From: Paramoeba atlantica
Taxonomy: Eukaryota > Protista > Discosea
Length of the DNA stretch: 64,000 nucleotides
Direction of reading: 5' to 3'
Assembly (NCBI GenBank): GCA_977017575.1
Contig: CDRNVI010000148.1
Coordinates: 124,001 to 188,000 of the forward strand
The notes below the pieces were generated by a model. It did not search any database. It had not been told where the DNA came from and was given only the letters and a program-made list of their open reading frames with translations. The number at the start of each line of letters is the position of its first letter. Position 1 is the stretch's first letter. The position numbers and the translations under genes were made by a program. Of this stretch, positions 33,742 to 46,700 are shown one piece after another.

Positions 33742-36700
33742 TCAGATGATCTTTATTCCCGTCCCTTCTTTTGGAGGACCCCACAAATCCTCATTTTCCC
33801 CTTCAATTTTTGTCGAAGTACTGCTTCGTCGTCTACTGGAAGAAGTTTCACTCAACCCCGGTTGGAAAAATGCTGAGTAGTTGAATTGGAGTTGTAAGAA
33901 GAAGAGAAGGAAGACTTCAGTGATCATCAAAGTAATAAACATATAAACCGAAGATACAAATTCAATTGCCAAAATAAGAATAAATAGAAGACATCGAATG
34001 AAGAAAGAAAAAACAATTACACCTCCAATTACCATCACAAACCGTTTGGGTCGGCTCACTCTCTTTGACAATATGATCAAAGTGTACGAATAAAAACAAA
34101 AGATAGCTCCCAAAACAAACGTCACAGAAATGATCAACGATTGATAAATAATGGACAATGTTCGTGTGCTTTCTTCTTGTTTGTCATAAGAAGGCGCAAC
34201 TCGTCCAGGACAAGGTGATTCTCCTCCTTCTTCTTTCAAGATCACTTCAGAGTAAACAATCGTCACAATTACCCAAAGAGACCACACAAAGATTAATCCC
34301 CAAATGACTACCCCTTCTAATTTGTCAGAATCACGCATAAATGTCTTTTGAGATGCAATCTTTTGCCAAAAAAAGATGGATGTAATCACCACACTGAATA
34401 ACAAAAAAGTTGGAATCTCAAAAACAATAAACTCAGCAAGTTCATTTCCATCAAAAACCTCATTTGGATATCCAAACATGAAAACAACTCGAAACACACA
34501 CAAAATAATCAACAAAAACGAGATGATTCCCAACATTTGTGAACTGTTACGATGTTGAAGGAAATAAACGAAATAGATCAACAACAGAGCAAAACAAATA
34601 CAATAACAAACTCCCAATGTGTACATCAAAGCACGTGTCTCTCGAGAAGTATACCCTTCTTCCCTCTCTTCATAATCCTCAAATCGGGAAATTGGATACA
34701 AACGAATTGTATTTTCAATCACTTCAGGAACATCTTCAACAACAATTGTACCACACCAAAACTGAGAACCAAAAACAAAAGATGTGTTAAGATCTGATAT
34801 CCCAAGAGGATAAATTGTTCCCACAGCTTTCTTTGAGTATCCAATATCTGGTACTGGGTATTTTAAAATCTCTGTTGTTAAATGTTTTTTGTCACTCACC
34901 AAAAGACAAACCAAAAAAGATTTCACATTCACCAAATTTCGAAAGGAAATAACACTCCCATCTCCACAAAGAACACCAACTGTTGCAGATTTTTGATTCA
35001 ACACAATCCCAAGTTGAAGTTTCTTTTCAAATTCAAATGAAATACTTGGGCGAGGTGGAGGAACAACAAACCAAGCTTCAGAGACAATTGATAAATTCAA
35101 CAAAGTACATCCTTCACTAATACTATCCAATGCAAAAGAAACTCTTGAAGATGGTCCTTTCACAAAAGAGGTTTCACCCACACAAACACGTTTCACTCCA
35201 ACTAATTCTTCTACCTCCTGATTTCCAACTTTTTGATTGTAACATTGGGGGGGATTGTTGTTATCTCCATCATCCCCCTCAACAACTGTCTCATTTGAAT
35301 TGGAGAAACAATCACAGACTAACAAATTCAGTGAAGAGGAAACATAATTGTTTTCACAAATCACTTCAGATTTCACCGCAAAAGAAAATCGTTGTTCTTC
35401 TGTTGCTTCCAACCATTTTTGTAAAAGTTCAAAAGAGAGAGAAGGAGTCCATTGATATTTAACAACAGGTTGAATTTCTCTCCAATGAAGTGTTCGCGAA
35501 ACACCATGACTCCAAACACCTTGAAACCATTCCCATGGATACTCATTGATTCCACCACGACAATCACAATCTTCATCATCAAGCCAAAGTAATTGATGTT
35601 GAATTAATGGTAGTTGACATCCATATCGACCATGATTTTTGTTTCTACATTCTGTTTCGCTCATTGCTGGAGTTAACCACGTTCGCCAAGTTCCTGTGAT
35701 TGGATCTGAAATACAACTCTCAGGAGATTGAACATAAGCCTCTCGACATCCACTCACAAGGCGATCTGTTGCATCTGGACAAAAAGCATATCTGATTGTT
35801 GGTGTATAAATTCCAGATGTGAAACAAGCTCCAAACTGAACATCAATTTGATGGTCAGCATCAGATCGAATGATTGTTGTTGAAGGTCGATCAGTACAGT
35901 ACCCAGAGTTTTCACACTCTTCTTGTGATTCACATTGATGCCATAAATCCACAAAACACTTCAAATATCGTTGGAATGTGGTTTTCCCATTACATGATGT
36001 TGTTTCCACAGATTCACATGTTTCCCAATTTGTGGAAGCATCAATCAATAAAGACAACTGCAAATTTTGTGGAGTGTTTTGTTTTAGAATATGTGGAAAA
36101 CACACAAAAAGAGAGGAAAAGAGAAAAAAAAAGAGAGAGGAAAAGAGAAAAAAAAAAAGAGGAAAAGAAGGGGCAATAAAAAGAGAAAAAGAACCTCAAT
36201 ACAACTCTCCAAAGTATTAGCATTTACAACACAAATCGAATCTTCATACCAAACAGCTTCAACATTAGAAATCTTGTTGAAACCTTCACAAAGACTTTCA
36301 GAATCAACAGCCACCAAACAAACACCACGAAGTCCATCCAAAGATCGACAACTTTCTCCAGGACAATCAGTTGAGCAATGCCCAGTTTGTGCATAGCAAT
36401 TTTCTGCAGACAATCCAAAAATAATATCGCCATCTCCCAACTCACAAGCAACTGTATTCTCACAAAAATCTTGATCACCAGGAACATAGATACATTCTTC
36501 ATCTTCTCCTCCAGGACAATAAACACAATAATTCCCTTCTTTACATTTATCATCATCAGCATCATCACTACCACCACCACCATCACTCTCAGGAAGTCCA
36601 GTCACTGGACAAACAATTGAAGATGAGGAACACTCAACTTCAGATGATGCATGAAACACATAAAGAGGAAGACATCGCGTGTAACATTGTGCTCCACTCT

Positions 36701-39700
36701 GTTTACAAGAAGTTCCAAGACAATAACCAGGAGGACAAATCTCATTCACACTTTCAATATCATCAACAGGAAGACCAAGAACCTCTGCTTTGCAAGTTAA
36801 AGATTCTAAAGCAGTCCAAACATAACGAGATCGTAAAAAGATATCTAATGGTTCATTGGTTGCAATACAATCATCCACTAAAGCAACAGATTTTAATCCA
36901 AGAAAGAATATTTCAGAATCACGAGACGCAAAGGAAGCTTCTTTAGGTAGAATATTCGATCGTAAATAGTCTTCCAGTGAAGGACTCATTTTCGAGATAT
37001 AACATCGAAGGAATCCATCTTCAACCTCTGATGTTGTTCCTAACACACACTTTTTGGTTTGATGATTGCACTTTCCAGACCATTGTTCACACTGAAAATC
37101 AGCCACACAATCAATTCCCTTGAAATCGTCTGTTTGTTATGTTGTTTAGAGAAAAAGAAAAGATAATAAAAAGGAGGGGAGGGGGAGAGGGGGAGAGGGG
37201 GTGGTGAGAAGACTCTATCAATTTTCTTTTTTTCGAATTCACAAAAACAAAAACAAAAACATTGGAGAAAGAAAAAGAGAAAGAAAAGGAGAAAGAAAAG
37301 GAGAAAGAAAAATAGAACCTCGAAGGCCTGCTTGATTCAGACAATCACGCACAACACGATTCAGTTCTTTATCAAGAACATATCCCAACTCATATTGAAA
37401 ATTCTGTGAAAAAAAAATAAAGTGTCAATCTATCTCAACAATAAAAAGCCTTGAATAGTTCTATCAAAAAAATCTCAAAAAGAAAAAAAGAAGAAAAGGA
37501 AAGACCTTAATACCAGAGGAACATCCTTGAACAAGATCTTTCACATGATTCAAAGAATGTGCCAAATCTTCAAAATAGGTATTGGCACATTCAGATACCC
37601 CACAAGTTGAAGAATCTGCTGTTGTAAACTGTTCTTGATTTTGTGCGATTGTGAAAGGAATACAACAATCAATTGCTTGCACTGGAACAGCACAACAAGG
37701 ACTCTTCTCATACTCTTCTGTTCCAAGTTCATATTGACAGAAACTTTGATTAACTAAAGTTACATTCTCAACTTGGGTATTCATCACTTCAATTGCAGCT
37801 TCTTTACAAGAAGAACTCGCAACCCCAGCACCTAATATGTCTACCACATACTTTGTTTTTTTTGGAGGGTGGGGGTGTGGAGGGGAGGAAAGAGAGAAGA
37901 TTGAAAGATCAGTAAAAGAAATTAACAAAAAAACAAAAAAACAAAAACAAAGAAACTACAAACTTTGTGAAATTCAATTGTTTCTAATGAATCTGATTCG
38001 AGGACTTCAGATAGCTCATCGTTCACAATAATTTGGAGTCTCTCATAACTTGTTTGATCACACAATTCCGAAAGATTGATTTGAGTGAATGAAGATAGAG
38101 GGATTGTTGCCAAGTATTGACTGGGAGAAGCTGGAGTCTTCTCATTGAGATCAAATGCGTTATTAGGAAGCTCTGGAACCTCCCCAAGTTCATTGGTGAT
38201 CGAGAGAAGTGCAAGAGAAACTTGTTCTAATTGATTATGAGGAAAGACCACAGAAGAATCAATCGCAAGAAGAATCACTGCAGTCAATGTGTTTTTGAGA
38301 GGTTGAGCGCCAATCACGTTGTAATATTGTTTATACACATTAATCCCTTCAGTGTCAAACTTGGGTAACTGTGGAGAAGGAGGCCAGAAGATCAAAGGAT
38401 CAGAAGTTGAAGGTACCATCCAAGCTTGACAAAAAGTTGGGAAGAAATCTCCACAATTCATCCCTGGAATTCCAAAGAGAGCAGGAGACATTGCAGACAA
38501 AGCTTCTTGGTAACTAAAACTCGCTGAAGGAGTGTTTGCACTTGGAGGAGCTAATGGAATTAAAAGAGGAATCGAAACTGTTGAAAAAATAACATGTGTT
38601 CGTCCTGGATTCCAGAAAGTTATCCCACATCGAACATATGAAACAACATCAGAACACATTGAGAATGAAACTCGATTCTCTCCTCGACTATATCGCGAGA
38701 TTAGAGAATTAGTAAATTGCGTGGTCTGATTGGTATCTTTGGGCATGCAATGAGCGTCGACATATGGACCTTTCTCTTCTAAAGTCCCAGAAAACGAAAC
38801 TTGGTGGCATCCTGCAAGTACAAAAAGAGATCTATCAATAGAATGCAAAAGATTTTGAGAAAGAAAGAAAATCAGGTAATTAAATTACCTGGTGGAATTG
38901 GTAAAACAAATCCAGCAACTTGTGCAGAAAAAGCTCTGCCAAAATCGACTGTGAGGGTTTCTGTATCTTGGAGACAAAAAGTCGGTTGATCAGTTCCTGC
39001 TTGTGCTCCAATTATCTCACTTTCAGGAACATCTTTACAAAGAATTCTTCCAGGAGGAGGAATCAATGGATATTCTTGAGGAGAAACTTCGATTTTGACA
39101 TCAAAAGATGAACTAAAAAAAGAATAAACTGCAAGAGAATACGTTCCTAATTGATAGTCAATGTGAGCATTTGGACAAACAACTAGGAGGTTATTTAATG
39201 CCCACCCAAAGCCTGGTGGAATGTTGCCTCTTCTCCATTGTGTCTTTTCTGCAGTTGGAACAGCGTACAAATTCGAGAGATAGACCAGAGGCACGCCATA
39301 GAGTGGACGTAGAGAAAGTTTAAATGGTTTGCAAGCGTATTCTTCTGAAACAAAAAACCGGAAGTAAACAGTTTCATCAGGTTCAAGAGTGAAGACTTTT
39401 GATCGTTTGTTAAGATTCAAAGTGTGATAAGGAGGAATAGAATCAGGTTCACACCATTCATTGACTTGATCCCAAGAATCATGATCACCTTTTTGAGCTG
39501 GACCACAGCACCGAACATCTTCACAATCTGTTGGCTTTGGAAGGTGGGGGTGGGGGTGGGGATGGGGATGGGGGGGGCTTTAATGTCAGTCATGTATTCT
39601 CACAAGATGAAAAACAAAAAGTAAAGAACAGAAAAAACCTGTTGTGATGACCAATCACAAGGAACACAATTTGTTTCTGGACAATCCTTCTCAGATAACC

Positions 39701-39902
39701 CACAAATGAAAGATTCCCCTCTCAGATAAAGCTCTTGATCAAATTCCATTTGAACCACAGCTGCTTCATACTCGATATTTAAAACAGTTTGATTGATAAA
39801 CCAAAGTTTTTCATCAACAAGACGAGGGCGAATTGCAAAGACTTCAACAAACACAAAACCCAAAAATAATACCCAACCAAACGATTGTACAACGGCACCC
39901 AT
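33742..39902 (-). CDS. Giant Cys-rich ectodomain + 7TM receptor-like protein, copy 1 (~7 exons, ~1,800 aa)
   Basis: Signal-peptide-like N-terminus (MGAVVQSFGWVLFLGFVFVEVFA), long open exons (787, 340, 308, 182 and 154 aa ORFs) rich in Cys, and seven hydrophobic segments in the last exon (YTLGVCYCICFALLL... to ...VYMFITLMITEVFLL). Confidence 0.85.
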
Positions 39903-40519
39903 TCCCTTCACCGCTTCGCACCAAACCGCCCCGTGAGTTCCCCCGAAAAAGTTCGGTTCTGTTTTTTCGACACCCTAAAAATCTTTAAGGAAGAAGTCGT
40001 ACCTGCCCAAAAAGGGAAGGAAGAAGCGGAGCCGTTCTCATCGGCCCACAATGCCGTTGTGGCAAAAAAAAAAAATGTAGAAAGGTTTGAGGGTTCTTCT
40101 CTTTTGTACTCTTTGAGCCACCAAGAGAGAGTTGGAGAAAATGATTGAAGGCTGTTGGTGGAAAACTTTCGTGCTTCTTGGGAATGTTTTTGGGGGACTG
40201 AGTTTTGGGATCTTTTTTGGGAGGAGAAAAAAGGAAACGGTCGATCAAGATTCCTGGCCCAGATGGTTGGTCCCGCGGAACAGATTCAAGTTGAAAAAAA
40301 CTTAAAAAACGGAAGGAAAAGGGCGCAACACACTAAAACCAAATAAAGAGAGCATGTGGAGGGAACAACCACCAAGGACCATAAAAAGGAAAATTCCGAG
40401 ACAAACTTTTTTTTTCTGTTTTTGTCTGAGGTTTTGTTTTTGTTGGGGAAAAGTTGGAGGGGAGTGTTCCAATGATCCGAGTTTATTTCTCAGTTTCGTC
40501 TCCGCACCATTTTCCCGTT

Positions 40520-42830
40520 TGTTCGATAAAGAGTCTCGTGACTCTACCACTGTAGCATCACTGATGAACAAAACACTTGTAAAAGTGCCGAAGTTGACCG
40601 AGAGCAACTCTGACATGTGGACTGAGATGATGTCTTACTTGTTTCATTCCAATGGTGGTCACAAGTATATCAATGAGCTGATTCCAATTGAAGACATTGA
40701 GGACCAGACCGAGAAGGAGATCTTTACGAACACTGCCATGCTTTTTGCGCACGTTCAATTGAAGCGTTTGTCCTCCGGATCATATGATATATCCTCTCCT
40801 TCTCGACCTACTTCTTCTGCTCTTTCTTCTTATTCTACTCCTTTGGTTCCATGCCCCCCATGAGTAAGCTGGAACGAGACCAAGATCCAGCCGATTCGAA
40901 ACGCTGGGATTGTGTCTGATGACGACAAGCTGTCCAAAGCCAACTATGAGGTTTTGTGCAACCATCTTGTGGGTCGTGAGGATTTATCGTTTAAGTTGTA
41001 AGCTGAAAAAGAATTCGAACAATATTTTTCTTTACGCTTTTGGAGACAAGAAAGAGACCACTTCTCCTTCTTCTGATCGCTTGACTTGCCAGTTGATTTG
41101 GAGAGTGGTTGTTCGCGCCAGATTGTTTTCAAAGAAGTTATTTTTCAATTTGTTCATCTCTATCAGTCAGTTAGCAAGGAAGGGTTTAACCTCGATCTTC
41201 AAGGGTGATGTTTTCCCAAATTCGCTATCAGAATGATATTCCATTACTGCGAAACACACGGGTGGTTTGTATCGTCTCGAAACTTTCAAAGTTGAAGCTG
41301 ATTCCCTTCTTTGTTCAGATAGCAAGCCTACACCAACTGAGAAGGAGACTGAAAGCATTATGGATATTCATTCCAATCTTGGTCATGTCTCATTGTCAGT
41401 CGCAGAATGGCCTTGCTGAGCATACAATTGGTACCTTTCAGATATGGCAAACTGCATGTTGGTTGAGAGTGGTCTTGAGAGAAAGTACTGGTGTTATGCG
41501 ATTAAGTATGCTGCCAAAGTTTCCAATGTCACTTCAACATCTGCTTTGAATGGCTTGATACCTCTGAGCTATTTTATGGACGCCCTCCGAAGGTTACTGT
41601 GTACCACACCTTTGGTTGCCTCTGCTTTCGCCAAGTACATAAGAAGTTTACACCCAAGTCTGAGCGTTGTTTGTTCCTTGGTTTCTGACAATCATGAAGC
41701 TTTTATTGTTTTACGGCTTCATGATAGTCGCGTGATGATTTCGCGTGATGTCAATTTTATTGACGATTCCTTCCCTCTTACCTCGAAAACGGTTCCGTGT
41801 CTGACGATGATGATGACAGTGATGAAGTTGGTGTTTATCCTTGTTTCTAAAGAATTAGAGAAAGAAGAGGAAGACGATGAAGATGATGATAACTTGACTA
41901 TTCAAATTACTCCTGGATTACCAAGTTGAATTACTTACTTTGTGAATCTTTTTCTTTCTTGAAATTTGAAGCTGATGTTGAAGATTACGGAAGAAAAAGA
42001 GAGAGCCCATACCCAATACTATGTATGCTAAGGACACATGCTGCTGCTATGAAAAGTGAGGATGCTGAAGCAAGCTCCCTGTGAGGAGATTGATGCTCTA
42101 CACCGTAATGGCACTTCGGAAGTTGTTCTGATTCAGGATGTCCCGCTGGCACTCGAGTTCACAACCCAGTTTGGAGATTCAAAAGGAAATTGAATGATCT
42201 TTACAAAGCACGAATGTGTTTTGATGGTTTTTAACGCGTTTTTACATGCTGAAGTGGATGTCCCTGGTTTTCCTGGGCCTCCTGTGTAAGATTAAAAAGG
42301 GTTTTGATCTTAACACAGTGCAAGAAAAGGCGCATGATACTTTTGTTTTTATGGGGTTTGTACGTTCCAAGAAGTCTAAATGTGTTTAGATGTACGAGCA
42401 CAATGGCGATTGGTGCCTGATTCTTATCTATGTGGATGACCTTTTGATGGCTTCAAGTCACCCACCTGGTTAAACATTGGTTCGATATCTTATGGGGACC
42501 CCACATTTGGGAATTACCATCAACAAAGCAAATAGTTCTAAATTTGTTGCGATCTTTGATGCAAGTCATGCTGATGTACAACTGCAAAGAAAATCTGTTT
42601 CTGCAAATAAGCAGAAATGCACTGTGCTGACTTCTGCTGAGGCTGAGTATGTATCCATGACATGAGTGATGGAATGAAGAAAGTTGCTTGGATTGCTGAT
42701 CTCCTTGCTGAATTGAACCGAAACCTGGGGTTTAACTATCCTTTTATTCCGAAAGTTTGGACTGATTCTCAACCCGTGATTGCTTTGTTGGACACAAAGC
42801 TTCTACATTATTTTTCTTCACTGTGTACCG
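40520..42830 (+). mobile_element. Degenerate Ty1/copia LTR retrotransposon (gag-IN-RT-RNaseH remnants)
   Basis: Gag-like VPKLTESNSDMW, integrase MLVESGLERKYWCYAIKYAA and VMISRDVNFID, RT LIYVDDLL (42429-42440), RNase H KQKCTVLTSAEAEYVS. Copia domain order; many stops and frameshifts; LTRs not found. Confidence 0.88.
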
Positions 42831-43219
42831 GAATTTGATTCAATCAAGTTCAATACACAGCAAAAACATTTGTTCTTGGAACGAAATGAGAGCGGAAGGG
42901 GAGGACCAAAGATCCAAGATCCAAGAATTGAAATCTTTTTCTCAAAACCCAATTTTTAGAACAGGCTCTTTGGAACAATCCTTTTGCCCTGCCAGATGAT
43001 TTTGTTGGTTTTTTTTTTTTCAGTTTTCTTGTTTTTGTTGGTTTGCACCTCCAATGTTGTTTGGAAATACAACATTTTTTTCGTTCTGGATCTCTATGTT
43101 TTTTTTGATTTTTCTTTTCCTTTTTCCTTTCTCTCTTATTTTTGTTTTATTTTTCATTTTCTTCTTTTCTTCTCTCTTCTTTTCTCTTTTTAATTGAAAA
43201 TCTCTCATCACCCTTTATT

Positions 43220-43715
43220 TTGTAGATATTAGCTTGGATGAGGAATGTGTTTTTTTAAAGTTCTTTTCTTTTCCCTCTCCCTTTACCTTTACCTTTTCCC
43301 TTTCTCTTTCCTTTTCCTTATCCTTTTTTTCTTTTTTTCTCCTTTTTTTCTCTTTTTTTAAAAAAAGTTAATTTTACAAATATTTGACAATTTTGGATTG
43401 GATATTCTGAAATGCTTTAGACTTCAAACGTTATCACCAAAGGTTTTCTTTTTTCTTTTTCTTCAATGTTTGTTCAAAGGTTTTTTTGATTTATTTATTT
43501 ATTTCTTTTTTCTTTTCTTTTTTGTAGATATTATCTTGGATGAGCAATTGAGATTCATTGGTAGCCCTTTTCCTTTCCCTTCCCTTCTCCCTTTGCTCGA
43601 TCATCACCAATCCAAATGACATATTATGATTCTCTTGATGGTTACGGTTTTTTATTCTTCTTTTTTCATTTTGATGGTTTATTTCTTCAAGAAATGGAAT
43701 CTTGAAAACATGGAG
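43220..43715 (+). pseudogene. Decayed exon fragments of an unknown intron-rich gene (also present inverted at 55.5-55.85 kb)
   Basis: TAGATATTATCTTGGATGAGCAATTGAGAT (43525) and TCATCACCAATCCAAAT..TATTATGATTCTCTTGA (43602) match the minus strand at 55800-55835 and 55515-55555. Confidence 0.45.
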
Positions 43716-43796
43716 GTGCAAACACAAAAGCAGAAACATCGAGGGGCAAACGAATTTTCCTCGATTAACTTGAGGAAAATGGTCTTTTTTTTAGCG

Positions 43797-46700
43797 GATT
43801 AGTTGGTTTCGATTTGTCTCAAACACAACAACCCCCTTTTATCCTCCCAAAAAAGATGAATAATTAATTTTTTATTATTTACAATAAATGTTCTATCCAA
43901 TCTGATTTTCTTAATCTTCAACTTTTTTCGTAAATTTGTCACTGGGATTCCATTCTTTCTTTCCTTGATCCTCAGTCTCCCATTTTCGGATGATCTTTAA
44001 TTGTCGAACTCCTCTTTGAGAACCCCACAAATCCTCATTTTCCCCTTCATTTTGTGTTGAGTGAACCGGAGTATTGCTCTGTCGTGTACTGGAAGAAGTT
44101 TCACCCAACTCTGATTGGAAAAATGCTGAATAGTTGAATTGGAGTTGTAAGAAGAAGAGAAGGAAGACTTCAGTGATCATCAAAGTAATAAACATATAAA
44201 CCGAAGATACAAATTCAATTGCCAAAATAAGAATAAATAGAAGACATCGAATGAAGAAAGAAAGAACAATTACACCCCCAATCACCATCACAAACCGTTT
44301 TGGTCGGCTCACTCTCTTTGACAATTTGATTAAAGTGTACGAATAAAAACAAAAGATAGCTCCCAAAACAAACGTCACAGAAATGATCAACGATTGATAA
44401 ATAATGGACAATGTTCGTGTGCTTTCTTCTTGTTTGTCATAAGAAGGCGCAACTCGTCCAGGACAAGGTGATTCTCCTCCTTCTTCTTTCAAGATCACTT
44501 CAGAGTAAACAATCGTCACAATTACCCAAAGAGACCACACAAAGATTAATCCCCAAATGACTACTCCTTCTAATTTGTCAGAATCACGCATAAATGTCTT
44601 TTGAGATGCAACCTTTTGCCAAAAAAAGATGGATGTAATCACCACACTGAATAACAAAAAAGTTGGAATCTCAAAAACAATAAACTCAGCAAGTTCATTT
44701 CCATCAAAAACCTCATTTGGATATCCAAACATGAAAACAACTCGAAACACACACAAAATAATCAACAAAAACGAGATGATTCCCAACATTTGTGAACTGT
44801 TACGATGTTGAAGGAAGTAAACGAAATAGATTAACAACAGAGCAAAACAAATACAATAACAAACTCCCAATGTGTACATCAAAGCACGTGTCTCTCGAGA
44901 AGTATACCCTTCTTCCCTCTCTTCATAATCTTCAAATCGGGAAATTGGATACAAACGAATTGTATTTTCAATCACTTCAGGAACATCTTCAACAACAATC
45001 GTACCACACCAAAACCGAGAACCAAAAACAAAAGATGTGTTAAGATCTGATATCCCAAGAGGATAAATTGTTCCCACAGCTTTCTTTGAGTATCCAATAT
45101 CTGGTACTGGGTATTTTAAAATCTCTGTTGTTAAATGTTTTTTGTCACTCACCAAAAGACAAACCAAAAAAGATTTCACATTCACCAAATTTCGAAAGGA
45201 AATAACACTCCCATCTCCACGAAGAACACCAACTGTTGCAGATTTTTGATTCAACACAATCCCAAGTTGAAGTTTCTTTTCAAATTCAAATGAAATACTT
45301 GGGCGAGGTGGAGGAACAACAAACCAAGCTTCAGAGACAATTGATAAATTCAACAAAGTACATCCTTCACTAATACTATCCAATGCAAAAGAAACTCTTG
45401 AAGATGGTCCTTTCACAAAAGATGTTTCACCCACACAAACACGTTTCACTCCAACTAATTCTTCCACCTCCTGATTTCCAACTTTTTGATTGTAACATTG
45501 GGGGGGATTGTTGTTATCTCCATCATCCCCCTCAACAACTGTCTCATTTGAATTGGAGAAACAATCACAGACTAACAAATTCAATGAAGAGGAAACATAA
45601 TTGTTTTCACAAATCACTTCAGATTTCACTGCAAAAGAAAATCGTTGTTCTTCTGTTGCTTCCAACCATTTTTGCAAAAGTTCAAAAGAGAGAGAAGGAG
45701 TCCATTGATATTTAACAACAGGTTGAATTTCTCTCCAATGAAGTGTTCGCGAAACACCATGACTCCAAACACCTTGAAACCATTCCCATGGATACTCATT
45801 GATTCCACCACGACAATCACAATCTTCATCATCAAGCCAAAGTAATTGATGTTGAATTAATGGTAGTTGACATCCATATCGACCATGATTTTTGTTTCTA
45901 CATTCTGTTTCGCTCATTGCTGGAGTTAACCACGTTCGCGCAGTTCCTGTGACTGGATCTGAAATACAACTCTCAGGAGATTGAACATAAGCCTCTCGAC
46001 ATCCACTCACAAGGCGATCTGTTACATCTGGACAAAAAGTATATCTGAGTGTTGATACATAAATTCCAGATGTGAAACAAGCTCCAAACTGAACATCAAT
46101 TTGATGGTCAGCATCAGATCGAATAATTGTTGTTGAAGGTCGATCAGTACAGTACCCAGAGTTTTCACACTCTTCTTGTGATTCACATTGATGCCATAAA
46201 TCCACAAAACACTTCAAATATCGTTGGAATGTGGTTTTCCCATTACATGATGTTGTTTCCACAGATTCACATGTTTCCCAATTTGTGGAAGCATCAATCA
46301 ATAAAGACAACTGCAAATTTTGTGGAGTGTTTTGTTTTAGAATATGTGGAAAACACACAAAAAGAGAGGAAAAGAGAAAAAAAAAGAGAGAGGAAAAGAG
46401 AAAAAAAAAAAGAGGAAAAGAAGGGGCAATAAAAAGAGAAAAAGAACCTCAATACAACTCTCCAAAGTATTAGCATTTACAACACAAATCGAATCTTCAT
46501 ACCAAACAGCTTCAACATTAGAAATCTTGTTGAAACCTTCACAAAGACTTTCAGAATCAACAGCCACCAAACAAACACCACGAAGTCCATCCAAAGATCG
46601 ACAACTTTCTCCAGGACAATCAGTTGAGCAATGCCCAGTTTGTGCATAGCAATTTTCTGCAGACAATCCAAAAATAATATCGCCATCTCCCAACTCACAA

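Noticed and set aside
39950-43000. LTR pair and PBS for the copia element
   Set aside because: No matching direct repeats with TG...CA ends or convincing PBS were visible on either side.
43754-43803. Helitron 3' end (hairpin plus CTRR)
   Set aside because: The hairpin is present but no CTRR terminus follows, and GATA homology extends into the candidate end.
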